From: a virus
Lineage: Duplodnaviria > Caudoviricetes
Strand: one strand, 5' to 3'
DNA: 60,496 nt
Virus record (IMG/VR): IMGVR_UViG_3300033146_000395
Location: 1-60,496 of that record
A program made the translations under genes and the position numbers. Position 1 is the stretch's first letter. The number at the start of each line of letters is the position of its first letter. The notes beneath the pieces were generated by a model. The model had not been told where the DNA came from. It saw only the letters and a list, made by a program, of their open reading frames with translations, and searched no databases. Below are positions 1 through 8,315 of the stretch, piece by piece.

Positions 1-2
1 GT

Positions 3-341
3 AGCAACAAAAAGCTACTGAAGTCTAACAACACAAAGTATTCTCCAGTCAATGTGAAATCTTTTGGTGTTGAGATTCGAATACCAAGTGCTGTGAAAAA
101 TGTAAGGCAACTCAAATTGAGGTACGACTTGATATACAAAATCATGCATCACAGCCTGCAAACTAGACAGTCCTACGACAAGCTTCTTGAGAAGATTGAC
201 TACATACTGATGCGTATGTATAAAGACAGGCTTAAAGTCGATCAAGTCAAGAACCTGTCATACGATTTCAGGAAGTACTTACTTAGTGATGAGTACCCAA
301 ATAGTATACGAGAATATTTAGAAACAGAAGATGAAGATTAA
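3..341 (+). CDS. C-terminal part of putative amidoligase (continues from 59596-60496 across the window join)
   Basis: Frame is open from base 3 (SNKKLLKSNNTKYSPVNVKSFGVEIRIP...). KY.pvN...vEiR matches the C-terminal RY..lN...tiEfR motif of COOH-NH2 ligase/amidoligase enzymes. In frame with the ORF running off the right end. Confidence 0.75.
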   Translation, partial: SNKKLLKSNNTKYSPVNVKSFGVEIRIPSAVKNVRQLKLRYDLIYKIMHHSLQTRQSYDKLLEKIDYILMRMYKDRLKVDQVKNLSYDFRKYLLSDEYPNSIREYLETEDED

Positions 342-344
342 ATT

Positions 345-1382
345 ATGTGTGTAATTATTGTAAAACAAGACAACGACAAAGTGATCAGGCAAGATACCCT
401 GATTGCTTCAGCAACTAAGAACCCTCATGGATTGGGTGTTCTGTGGTTGGACAAGTGGAACATTGAATACTTCAACAGCGAAGACTATCGAGTCTTGCTA
501 ACGAAGAGACCATTCATTGCCCACTTCAGATACGCAACGGTTGGTAAAGTGTCGAGAGAAAACTGCCACCCGTTCAACATCAACAAGAATGAAGTGCTGT
601 TTCAGAACGGAACTATCTACAATCTTGGAGATGCAGACACAACAGATACAGAAGCTATGGCTGTGATACTCAGGGACATACCCAAAAAACATTGGGCAGA
701 TGTACTCGAGATGAATGACTGCAGGTTTGTAACAGCAAACCTAAAGACCAAAACATTCGAGCTGTACAACAAGCAAGATTGGGTACAACGTAATGGAATA
801 TATTACAGTAAAAAGAATGTGCTTGACTTGACGGCAATAGCTGTGTACGGAACATTGAAGAAGGATTACTCCAACTACTATGGCTACCTCAAGAGCGCAG
901 CCTATGTGGGAAGGGGTGAAACGAAAGACAAGTACCCTCTTGTAGTTACAGGTCTACCATACCTGCTAAACAAGAAAGGTGTTGGTCACAATGTAGAGGT
1001 TGATGTGTTCCTTGTTGATTCATACACCCTGTCTAGGGTTGATGGTCTAGAGGGACACCCCAACTGGTACGAACGCAAGAAGATCAAGATTGATCTGGGT
1101 GACAATCAGTACATCAGTGCTTGGATATACTTCAACGACACTGAAGACACTGGCGTCTATCATCAAGCTTATACTCAAGAAGTTAGATCGAGCTCATACC
1201 TTGGGTACGATAGATGGAACTCTTGGGATGACATTGATGAGGTGGGTGATGACTTTGGAACTGCAAAGTATGAACCTAAACCATCTCACGAAGCTTGCTT
1301 TTGTGGGGATCAGTTGTATGACGATCCGTTCTACCCAGGCGAGAAGTACTGTATGAGTTGTGAAGACTATGTAACTGTTTAA
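345..1382 (+). CDS. Class II glutamine amidotransferase fused to gamma-glutamylcyclotransferase (AIG2-like), with C-terminal Cys4 ribbon
   Basis: N-terminal MC (Ntn nucleophile Cys), NPHGLG, HFRYAT.G, NCHPF, QNG, TDTE; then AVYGTLK and LEGHPNWYER (GGCT); C-terminal CFC...CMSC. Confidence 0.85.
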   Translation: MCVIIVKQDNDKVIRQDTLIASATKNPHGLGVLWLDKWNIEYFNSEDYRVLLTKRPFIAHFRYATVGKVSRENCHPFNINKNEVLFQNGTIYNLGDADTTDTEAMAVILRDIPKKHWADVLEMNDCRFVTANLKTKTFELYNKQDWVQRNGIYYSKKNVLDLTAIAVYGTLKKDYSNYYGYLKSAAYVGRGETKDKYPLVVTGLPYLLNKKGVGHNVEVDVFLVDSYTLSRVDGLEGHPNWYERKKIKIDLGDNQYISAWIYFNDTEDTGVYHQAYTQEVRSSSYLGYDRWNSWDDIDEVGDDFGTAKYEPKPSHEACFCGDQLYDDPFYPGEKYCMSCEDYVTV

Positions 1383-1394
1383 ATATAAATTAAT

Positions 1395-1613
1395 ATGAAA
1401 AATACTATTGATAACGAAGACTTCATTCCTGTTGTTAGCGAAATTGCAAGTCGCCTGACTGAAGAAAAATATGGGAGACACACGTGGATTTTTGATAAAG
1501 CAAACGACTCCTATATATACACAGACAAGGCACAGGACTTTTTCAATATCACATACGATGAGATTGAACATATATTAATAACAAATTTAAACTTAGAAAT
1601 ACATTTTAATTAA
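1395..1613 (+). CDS. hypothetical phage protein
   Basis: 72-aa ORF, AT-rich leader, in operon orientation. Confidence 0.65.
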   Translation: MKNTIDNEDFIPVVSEIASRLTEEKYGRHTWIFDKANDSYIYTDKAQDFFNITYDEIEHILITNLNLEIHFN

Positions 1614-1619
1614 ATAGAT

Positions 1620-2228
1620 ATGCCTAATCATGTATATAATTCTATCTCGGTTGAAGAAAAGTATGCCGAGAAGCTAGCAGAGATTGCTAAGGTGGGGCTG
1701 TGTAAATACTACAAGCCGATGCCTGATGACTTGCAGGGGACAACCAGTCCTCAGCGTATTCCTGAGACAATATCTCAGCAACAATATGATATCCTCATGG
1801 AGAAGTATGGATGTACCGATTGGTATGAGTGGGCTAATCGTGAGTGGGGTACAAAGTGGGGTGCTTATGATAACAATTCCGAGGACCGACTTTACACATT
1901 CACAACAGCGTGGTCTCCTCCTAACGATGAGATACTTTCCATGCTAATGGAGGACATACCAAGCTTCACTTACTTCTGGGAAGAAGAGCAAGGGTATGGT
2001 ATGGAGTTCGAAGTAGAGGACGGAGAGGTAACAAATGTTTTCGAGTGGGACATTGCGCCATGGGAAATGGTCGAAGATGAGGATGAAATTACATTCTTGT
2101 CTGAAGACTACGAAAATTATATGGGTAAATTCAAGAAAGGATATTACCAACACTATGACCTCGAGGGTGGCTACCTTGGGGCTACATTAGAGGAAGCCAA
2201 AGACAATTTAATATCATTTAATAATTAA
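1620..2228 (+). CDS. YubB/DUF1281-like ferredoxin-fold protein
   Basis: MPNHVYN start, DWYEWANREWGTKWGA, FTTAWSPP, YFWEEE motifs typical of this family. Confidence 0.75.
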   Translation: MPNHVYNSISVEEKYAEKLAEIAKVGLCKYYKPMPDDLQGTTSPQRIPETISQQQYDILMEKYGCTDWYEWANREWGTKWGAYDNNSEDRLYTFTTAWSPPNDEILSMLMEDIPSFTYFWEEEQGYGMEFEVEDGEVTNVFEWDIAPWEMVEDEDEITFLSEDYENYMGKFKKGYYQHYDLEGGYLGATLEEAKDNLISFNN

Positions 2229-2230
2229 TT

Positions 2231-2608
2231 ATGAGTAATTTAAAATCAGCGAGAGGAAAACTCTCACAGGAACAACGTGATTTCTTAATCACAAATAGCG
2301 AAATGCCTACAACTAAGTTGAAGACAGAGTTTCGTAGAAAGTTTAATCGTAAGATTAGCGTGAATAGTTTAGCTAACTTTTATAGCCGAACCAATTCAGA
2401 GCCCACAAACTTTGATGAGCATACTACATGTAACTTCGATACGGAGTATGTGTACTTGCGTAATTCAAATGGAGATGAGGTAAAGATAGACGCACGTGTC
2501 TTCTCGAAGAACTTCCTTTCAGAAGTGGCTTCAATGAAGCAGATCCAACTACGAAGAGAGCATGACAATGCTGTTTTGTTTTGGAATAATTTAGTTCAGA
2601 GTGTATAA
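2231..2608 (+). CDS. hypothetical protein, possible N-terminal HTH
   Basis: 125-aa ORF with basic helical N-terminus (LKTEFRRKFNRKISVNSL). Confidence 0.6.
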   Translation: MSNLKSARGKLSQEQRDFLITNSEMPTTKLKTEFRRKFNRKISVNSLANFYSRTNSEPTNFDEHTTCNFDTEYVYLRNSNGDEVKIDARVFSKNFLSEVASMKQIQLRREHDNAVLFWNNLVQSV

Positions 2609-2612
2609 AAAA

Positions 2613-2644
2613 TTTGCATATTAAAATATAAGTATTTATATTTG
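2613..2644 (+). promoter_or_regulatory. Bacteroidota sigma-A-type promoter (-33 TTTG, -7 TATATTTG)
   Basis: TTTG 2613-2616, 20-nt spacer, TATATTTG 2637-2644 in an intergenic gap. Confidence 0.75.
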
Positions 2645-2677
2645 ATGCAAACATTTGTATTCATAACGTGAGGTCCT

Positions 2678-2717
2678 AACCCCTCACCTCAAGGACAAAA
2701 GAGGGGTTTTTTATTTT
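2678..2717 (+). terminator. Intrinsic terminator/attenuator hairpin
   Basis: AACCCCTC (2678-2685) pairs with GAGGGGTT (2701-2708), followed by TTTTATTTT. Confidence 0.6.
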
Positions 2718-2723
2718 AATCAA

Positions 2724-2900
2724 ATGGGAAAGAGTAAAGAGTTATTTAATAAGAGAAGGGAAGAAAGTTTGCTTGATCATGTTGATGATGAGTTCTTCTA
2801 TGATAAGTACAAGAGAGGTCAATCAAAAGTTATATTGAGTTCAAGTATGGTCGATCATATTTTCAATAGCCCTCCGTTTAAAATCAAATCTAATGATTGA
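2724..2900 (+). CDS. small hypothetical protein (58 aa, not in ORF track)
   Basis: Translated by hand: MGKSKELFNKRREESLLDHVDDEFFYDKY...; overlaps the next start. Confidence 0.6.
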   Translation: MGKSKELFNKRREESLLDHVDDEFFYDKYKRGQSKVILSSSMVDHIFNSPPFKIKSND

Positions 2901-3171
2901 AGATATATTTAAAAGAGCAGTCAAGTCTGTATCTGAATCCGTGGGATGTAACCGAAAGCAGTTGCTGTCTTCTTCCAGAAAGTTTTCTGATGTCGAAGCC
3001 AGGGATTTACTTTACTATGTTTGCTACTCTAACTTGCTGAAGCTCAAGCATATACAAAAGTGTATGGAAGATTACAATTGTGAAACGTCTCTGTCTACAA
3101 TCAGTAGAGGTGTTAACAAAGTTGAAGGCAACAGAGATCTGCGCAGTATAGCTAAGTCAATTAAGATATGA
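2893..3171 (+). CDS. DnaA C-terminal (domain IV)-like HTH protein
   Basis: LLSSSRKFSDVEARDLLYY...STISRGVNKV resembles the DnaA domain IV pattern. Confidence 0.55.
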   Translation: MIEDIFKRAVKSVSESVGCNRKQLLSSSRKFSDVEARDLLYYVCYSNLLKLKHIQKCMEDYNCETSLSTISRGVNKVEGNRDLRSIAKSIKI

Positions 3172-3593
3172 GTGATTGTTTTTCAAGAGAATTTTTGATG
3201 CAACAAGCTAGAGATTCTTCTTATGCAACAGACATAAGTACAGAGTCAGCTGAAGCTTATATTATTAAGGGAGTTATTATCAAGAGAGATTTAGATCTGA
3301 ATATAAAAATACTTAATGCAAAGAAGGGTGGAATGTTTTATAAGGAGATTACTGATGATCAGTATTTCTTTTTTGCACAACATGGATTCACACTTGGATG
3401 TATAGAAGTTGCTATGGATAATTATCGTGAGTCTCTTGACAAAGTCAAGGGGATTATACGAGAGGAAATGAGTCTGAGGAAAAACACAAAAGCACTAGCC
3501 TCAGCTAAGATAAGAAGGGAGTTTCTTATGAATAAGATAAACGACGTTCTTAAATTGAAATCTAAAATAATTAAATCACAAGTTTATGAGTAA
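3168..3593 (+). CDS. hypothetical phage protein
   Basis: 141-aa ORF overlapping both neighbours. Confidence 0.7.
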   Translation: MSDCFSREFLMQQARDSSYATDISTESAEAYIIKGVIIKRDLDLNIKILNAKKGGMFYKEITDDQYFFFAQHGFTLGCIEVAMDNYRESLDKVKGIIREEMSLRKNTKALASAKIRREFLMNKINDVLKLKSKIIKSQVYE

Positions 3594-4191
3594 TTCAAAA
3601 TCAGTTTTTGAAACATTGAACTCTATCAATGTAAACGACAAGACAGAAACCATACGTGCTGGCCAACGGCAGCTGACTTATTTGTCTTGGGCGTGGGCAT
3701 GGAGCGAAGTTAAGAAAAACTATCCGAACTCTACATATACTATATATGAGAATGCAGATGGACTTAACTATCACCATGATGGCATGACAGCTTGGGTCAA
3801 GACAGGTGTTACTATTGAGGATGTTGAACACATCGAGTATCTTCCTGTCATGAACAACTACAACAAGTCTATCCCACTAGCAGAGATCACGTCATTCAAT
3901 GTTAACTCGTCCATTCAGCGTAGCTTAACCAAAGCTATTGCAAGACATGGGTTGGGTCTATACATATATGCTGGAGAGGATCTTCCTGAGAGCTCAGAGC
4001 CTGAGCAGGCAACACCTGAGACGAAGATCAAGTTGTTGAAGGGAGATGATAATTGGGACAAGGTGTTAGGATATATTCAAGCTACCAAAAGTAAGATACA
4101 GTTTGAAGATATATTGAACACATTCAAAACCAAGTATCAAATATCTAATGCAACTAAGAATGCTTTAGAAAAAGTATATAACGAAGCATGA
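3586..4191 (+). CDS. Sak3/DUF1071-like single-strand annealing protein
   Basis: LTYLSWAWAW, EYLPVMN, NSSIQRSLTKAIARHGLGLYIYAGEDLP. Confidence 0.85.
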   Translation: MSNSKSVFETLNSINVNDKTETIRAGQRQLTYLSWAWAWSEVKKNYPNSTYTIYENADGLNYHHDGMTAWVKTGVTIEDVEHIEYLPVMNNYNKSIPLAEITSFNVNSSIQRSLTKAIARHGLGLYIYAGEDLPESSEPEQATPETKIKLLKGDDNWDKVLGYIQATKSKIQFEDILNTFKTKYQISNATKNALEKVYNEA

Positions 4192-4919
4192 CAAAGGATG
4201 TTATAGATAAGCTCCGTGATGACAAACATTACTACGGAGATTTTGGTAGAAAGTTTTTGTCCAACTCTGACATAGGTTCTTTGTTGTGGTCTCCTGATAA
4301 CTTCAGGAAAAACAAAATGGAGAGCAAAGCTTTGTTGGAAGGTAGATACTTTCACACCACCATGCTTGAACCTGATAAGCTAGATACATTTTACATATCA
4401 AAAGCTAATGTTAGAAGGGGCAAGGTATGGGATGCTGAGGTCGAGGAGTTCGGTGAAAACATTTTACTTGAGAAGGAAAGGGATCACTTAGAAATGCTTG
4501 CATACAAAATGAAATCTAATTTGTATTTTTACGATCTCATTTACGATGCCAAAAATAAATACGAAGAACCCGGCATCATGGAGTTGTTTGGTGAACTATG
4601 GAAAGGCAAGGCCGATGTAGTTTCCGACGACTATATAATTGATTTGAAAACCACAAGCTCTATATCGGATTTTAGAAACAAAGTTAGCAGCTATTGTTAT
4701 GATAGCCAGGCTTATATATATAGAGCAATTTTTGGTAAGCCAATGCTATTCCTTGTGGTTGACAAACGATCAGCTCGCCTAGGTCAGTTCGCTGTTTCCG
4801 AACACACCTATGATAGAGGCAGACTGAAAGTAAGCCAGGCGGTAGATGCTTATAGAAAATACTATGGGCCTAATCCGACTGAAGATATAACCAATTATTA
4901 TATACATGAAGTTATTTAA
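4188..4919 (+). CDS. RecE/exonuclease VIII-like PD-(D/E)XK nuclease (DUF3799-like)
   Basis: LSNSDI, GRYFHT..LEP, KGKAD, IIDLKTT, YDSQAYIY; adjacent to the annealase. Confidence 0.85.
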   Translation: MTKDVIDKLRDDKHYYGDFGRKFLSNSDIGSLLWSPDNFRKNKMESKALLEGRYFHTTMLEPDKLDTFYISKANVRRGKVWDAEVEEFGENILLEKERDHLEMLAYKMKSNLYFYDLIYDAKNKYEEPGIMELFGELWKGKADVVSDDYIIDLKTTSSISDFRNKVSSYCYDSQAYIYRAIFGKPMLFLVVDKRSARLGQFAVSEHTYDRGRLKVSQAVDAYRKYYGPNPTEDITNYYIHEVI

Positions 4920-5055
4920 AAAAATCTTTCGCAAGAAAGAGGATCAGTTTTTGTGGTTAAGAGTTCCACTTAAGTGCAAAGACCGAGAGGATTCTGAAAG
5001 AATCATCTTTGAAACAATAAAAATATTGGAACAAAAATTAATTTTAAATAAATAG
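4906..5055 (+). CDS. small hypothetical protein (49 aa, not in ORF track)
   Basis: MKLFKKIFRKKEDQFLWLRVP...; fills the gap between two genes. Confidence 0.5.
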   Translation: MKLFKKIFRKKEDQFLWLRVPLKCKDREDSERIIFETIKILEQKLILNK

Positions 5056-5058
5056 AAT

Positions 5059-5313
5059 ATGTCAAAACCTAAAATTTTTGCAGACGGATTTACCTTCAAG
5101 AGACCAAAAGAAAATGCACCTGATTGGGTGGTTGGTCACGTCTCTTTGAACGCAGAGAAAGCTGTTGCTTTCATTCAATCTCATACGAAGAATGGATGGG
5201 TAAACCTAAACATCAATCGCTCACAATCTGGTAAAGATTACATCGAGCTTGACACCTTCGAGCCTAAAAAGCAGAATGCTAACGCTCAACAGAAGGTGAA
5301 TATAGATTATTAG
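5059..5313 (+). CDS. small phage protein, possible ssDNA-binding protein
   Basis: KIFADG...APDWVVG...GWVNLNI...Y.ELDTFEPK with flexible tail; sits between recombination and primase genes. Confidence 0.5.
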   Translation: MSKPKIFADGFTFKRPKENAPDWVVGHVSLNAEKAVAFIQSHTKNGWVNLNINRSQSGKDYIELDTFEPKKQNANAQQKVNIDY

Positions 5314-5345
5314 TCATTAATTTTCATTATAAAATAGACGCGTGT

Positions 5346-5401
5346 TAGGGTGCGAGGGGGTTTCAAATTCTTGGTTCTTTTAAAATTCCCCCTTAGCCCT
5401 A
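5346..5401 (+). other. GC-rich stem-loop upstream of the primase-helicase
   Basis: TAGGG..GAGGGGG arm pairs with CCCCCTT..CCCTA; no U tract. Confidence 0.5.
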
Positions 5402-5436
5402 TCCTTAATTAAATAATACAATTAAATTTTAACTAA

Positions 5437-7860
5437 GTGATAACTATATTTAAGAACATAAAGGAAACGTCCACTCCTTATTACAGGGATGTAAAGGTTG
5501 TCTTAGATAGAATAAAGAATGGGAGCTCAAAGGAAAGGGTAAAGTTAATACGACAAGAGAAAGATAAATCAAACAGAAACAAACTAAAACAGGATTTACC
5601 TGCCGTTTGTTTTTCAGGAACATTCTCAAAGAGATCGGACACAGGACTTCAGGATCACAGCGGACTTATATGTCTTGACTTTGATGGGTACAAGACCAAG
5701 AAAGATTTGATGTCAGACAAGGATCAGCTTTCTAAAAACAAGTATGTTTATTCTGTTTTTGTTTCTCCATCCGGGAATGGACTAAAGGCTTTGGTTAAAA
5801 TACCAAAGGATCCTGACAATCATGTTGGATATTTCAGAGCATTGGAAGAATACTTTCAGTCTGAATACTTTGACAAAGCATGTAAGAATATTAGTCGTGT
5901 TTGTTACGAGTCTTATGATCCACTCATTCATGTCAACGAGACATCTAGTTTGTGGGACAAGATTGCTGAGCATGAGTACAGACCCATAGACAAATACAAG
6001 GAGAGACCAACCATACCTATTACAGACGAGAACAAAGTTGTTGATCGACTTATGTCTTGGTGGAAAAAGAAGTATGGTATTATAGAAGGGGAGCGAAACA
6101 ACAATGTGTATGTTTTAGCTGCAGCCTTCAATGACTTCGGAGTCAATAGATCTTTGGCTGAGTATGTCATGTCGGAGTTTCAAACAAGAGACTTCCCCAT
6201 GTCTGAAATAAAAACGACTATCGACTCTGCATACAGGCACACAACTAAGTTTGGTAGCAAGTATTATGAAGACGAAGAAAGAGTCTATCAGATACGCCAA
6301 AAGATTAAGAAGGGTGTGCCAAAAAAAGAGATACGTTCTCAGTTAATAGACTCCAATATTGAGGACGTTGTAGCAGACACAGTCATAAACCAAATAGAGG
6401 AAGATGAATCTTCTAAAAGGTTTTGGACTAAGAGTGATAAGGGAGTCATCAATATCGTTCACTATTTATTCAGAGAGTTTCTTGAGGACAGTGGGTTTTT
6501 TAAATACTGCCCTGAAGGAGCAAAAAGCTTTGTGTTTGTTAAGGTAACTAACAACCTTATAGATCACACCAATGAGGCTGAAATCAAAGATCATGTCCTT
6601 GATTATCTAGAGAATAAAGTAGAGGATCTGGAAGTGTACAACTTCTTTGCAGATAAAACAAGGTTTTTTAGAGAAGACTTTCTTTCTTTGTTGAGCCCGG
6701 TTAACGCATTCTTCATATCTGATGATAAGCACACAGCTTATTTGTATTACAAGAACTGCGCTGTCAAGGTGACGAAGAAGGCTGTAACTACTATTGACTA
6801 TATAGATCTAGATGGATTTGTATGGAAAGACCACGTAATAGATAGGGATTTTAAAAGTTGTGAGATAACAGATTGTGACTTTCAGAAGTTTATATCTAAC
6901 GTATGTGGGGGAGACGAAAAAAGAATAAAGTCAATGGAGAGTACCATAGGTTATTTGCTGCACGCATTCAAGAACCTATCTTATTCTCCTGCAGTTATAC
7001 TAAATGACGAGGTTATATCTGATAACCCTGAAGGTGGGACAGGTAAGGGTATATTTATGAATGCCTTGTCTCAAATGAAGAAGGTTGTCACGATAGATGG
7101 TAAAGGGTTTACGTTTGAGAAATCGTTTGCCTATCAGCTTGTATCTGCAGACACGCAGGTGCTTGTGTTTGATGATGTTAGAAAACACTTTGACTTTGAA
7201 AGATTATTTTCTGTTGTTACGGAAGGCCTTACCCTTGAGAAGAAAAACAAAGATGCGATCAAAATCCCATTCAGTAAATCACCGAAGATCGCAATCACAA
7301 CTAACTACGCTATCAAGGGTAAAGGTTCTTCTTTTGAAAGAAGGAAATGGGAGTTAGAATTTAAGCAGCACTACAGCTCTGAGCACACGCCTCTTGATGA
7401 GTTCGGCAGGTTGTTGTTTGGAGATTGGAATGATGATGAGTGGTGTGTGTTTGACAACTACATGATACGAAACCTGTCTAACTTTTTATCTACAGGTCTA
7501 GTTAAGAGTGAGTTTGTCAACCTTAAAATTAGGAAGCTATCAGCTGAAACATCCCACGAATTCATCGAGTGGTGCGGATTGACAAGAGGATCTGAAAACA
7601 ATGAGAGGTTAGTTACAAACCAATATTTACTTTGCCAAGATTTATATGCAGAATTCATTCAAGAGAACACAGACTACGGGCCAAGAGGTAAGATGAGTAT
7701 ATCAAAGACTAAATTTTACAGGTGGCTTATAGCGTATGGGTTGTTCTTGACAGGAAGGAATCCTGAACAAAGTAAATCTTCACAAGGTAAAACTATAATG
7801 TTTATTGATGAGACGAAAGAAGAAAACCAGAAAGAACATGCCATCGACATTCCATTCTGA
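5437..7860 (+). CDS. Primase-helicase (BT4734/VirE-N-like primase domain, PriCT, SF3 P-loop helicase)
   Basis: KQDLPAVCFSG, HSGLICLDFD, FVSPSGNGLK, SRVCYESYDP, GERNNN, Walker A GGTGKG, VLVFDD; GTG start. Confidence 0.85.
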   Translation: MITIFKNIKETSTPYYRDVKVVLDRIKNGSSKERVKLIRQEKDKSNRNKLKQDLPAVCFSGTFSKRSDTGLQDHSGLICLDFDGYKTKKDLMSDKDQLSKNKYVYSVFVSPSGNGLKALVKIPKDPDNHVGYFRALEEYFQSEYFDKACKNISRVCYESYDPLIHVNETSSLWDKIAEHEYRPIDKYKERPTIPITDENKVVDRLMSWWKKKYGIIEGERNNNVYVLAAAFNDFGVNRSLAEYVMSEFQTRDFPMSEIKTTIDSAYRHTTKFGSKYYEDEERVYQIRQKIKKGVPKKEIRSQLIDSNIEDVVADTVINQIEEDESSKRFWTKSDKGVINIVHYLFREFLEDSGFFKYCPEGAKSFVFVKVTNNLIDHTNEAEIKDHVLDYLENKVEDLEVYNFFADKTRFFREDFLSLLSPVNAFFISDDKHTAYLYYKNCAVKVTKKAVTTIDYIDLDGFVWKDHVIDRDFKSCEITDCDFQKFISNVCGGDEKRIKSMESTIGYLLHAFKNLSYSPAVILNDEVISDNPEGGTGKGIFMNALSQMKKVVTIDGKGFTFEKSFAYQLVSADTQVLVFDDVRKHFDFERLFSVVTEGLTLEKKNKDAIKIPFSKSPKIAITTNYAIKGKGSSFERRKWELEFKQHYSSEHTPLDEFGRLLFGDWNDDEWCVFDNYMIRNLSNFLSTGLVKSEFVNLKIRKLSAETSHEFIEWCGLTRGSENNERLVTNQYLLCQDLYAEFIQENTDYGPRGKMSISKTKFYRWLIAYGLFLTGRNPEQSKSSQGKTIMFIDETKEENQKEHAIDIPF

Positions 7861-8101
7861 TTTGAAATGGTGTATCGAAAATGATTGGCAAGTCTATGTT
7901 GTACCCTCTTTGGGTGGGCCTAAGATAGGTGTACGTAAAGGCGGTATATCTTCTTGTGGCAAAGATTATCATGTAGATAATAACGGCAAGACACACTACA
8001 GCTCAGAGCAACTTGGACAGAATGTATACAAGTCTCAGTCTGAGGCTGGAGTCGAGGCAGCTATATTAATGAAGAAGCTAAGAGAAAAGTATGACCGATG
8101 A
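7838..8101 (+). CDS. hypothetical phage protein
   Basis: ORF 7805-8101; more likely start is MPSTF at 7838. Confidence 0.6.
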   Translation: MPSTFHSDLKWCIENDWQVYVVPSLGGPKIGVRKGGISSCGKDYHVDNNGKTHYSSEQLGQNVYKSQSEAGVEAAILMKKLREKYDR

Positions 8102-8315
8102 AGAGATAGTACATATCGCTATGCTCAATTCATATGACGTCCTTGTCAAGAAGGATGATGTTAATCTGTTTTTAGAAACGGATGAAAGCTACTTTGCTCA
8201 CGACATAAGCACCCTGATCACTAACGATGAACTTGCTGACATGATAAGTTATTGGCAAGAGTTAGAGGAATACGAGAGGTGTTCAGAACTTATAAAGTTA
8301 ATGAAAGTTATATGA
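8091..8315 (+). CDS. hypothetical protein with C-terminal UVR-like helix
   Basis: YWQELEEYERCSEL motif. Confidence 0.6.
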   Translation: MTDEEIVHIAMLNSYDVLVKKDDVNLFLETDESYFAHDISTLITNDELADMISYWQELEEYERCSELIKLMKVI

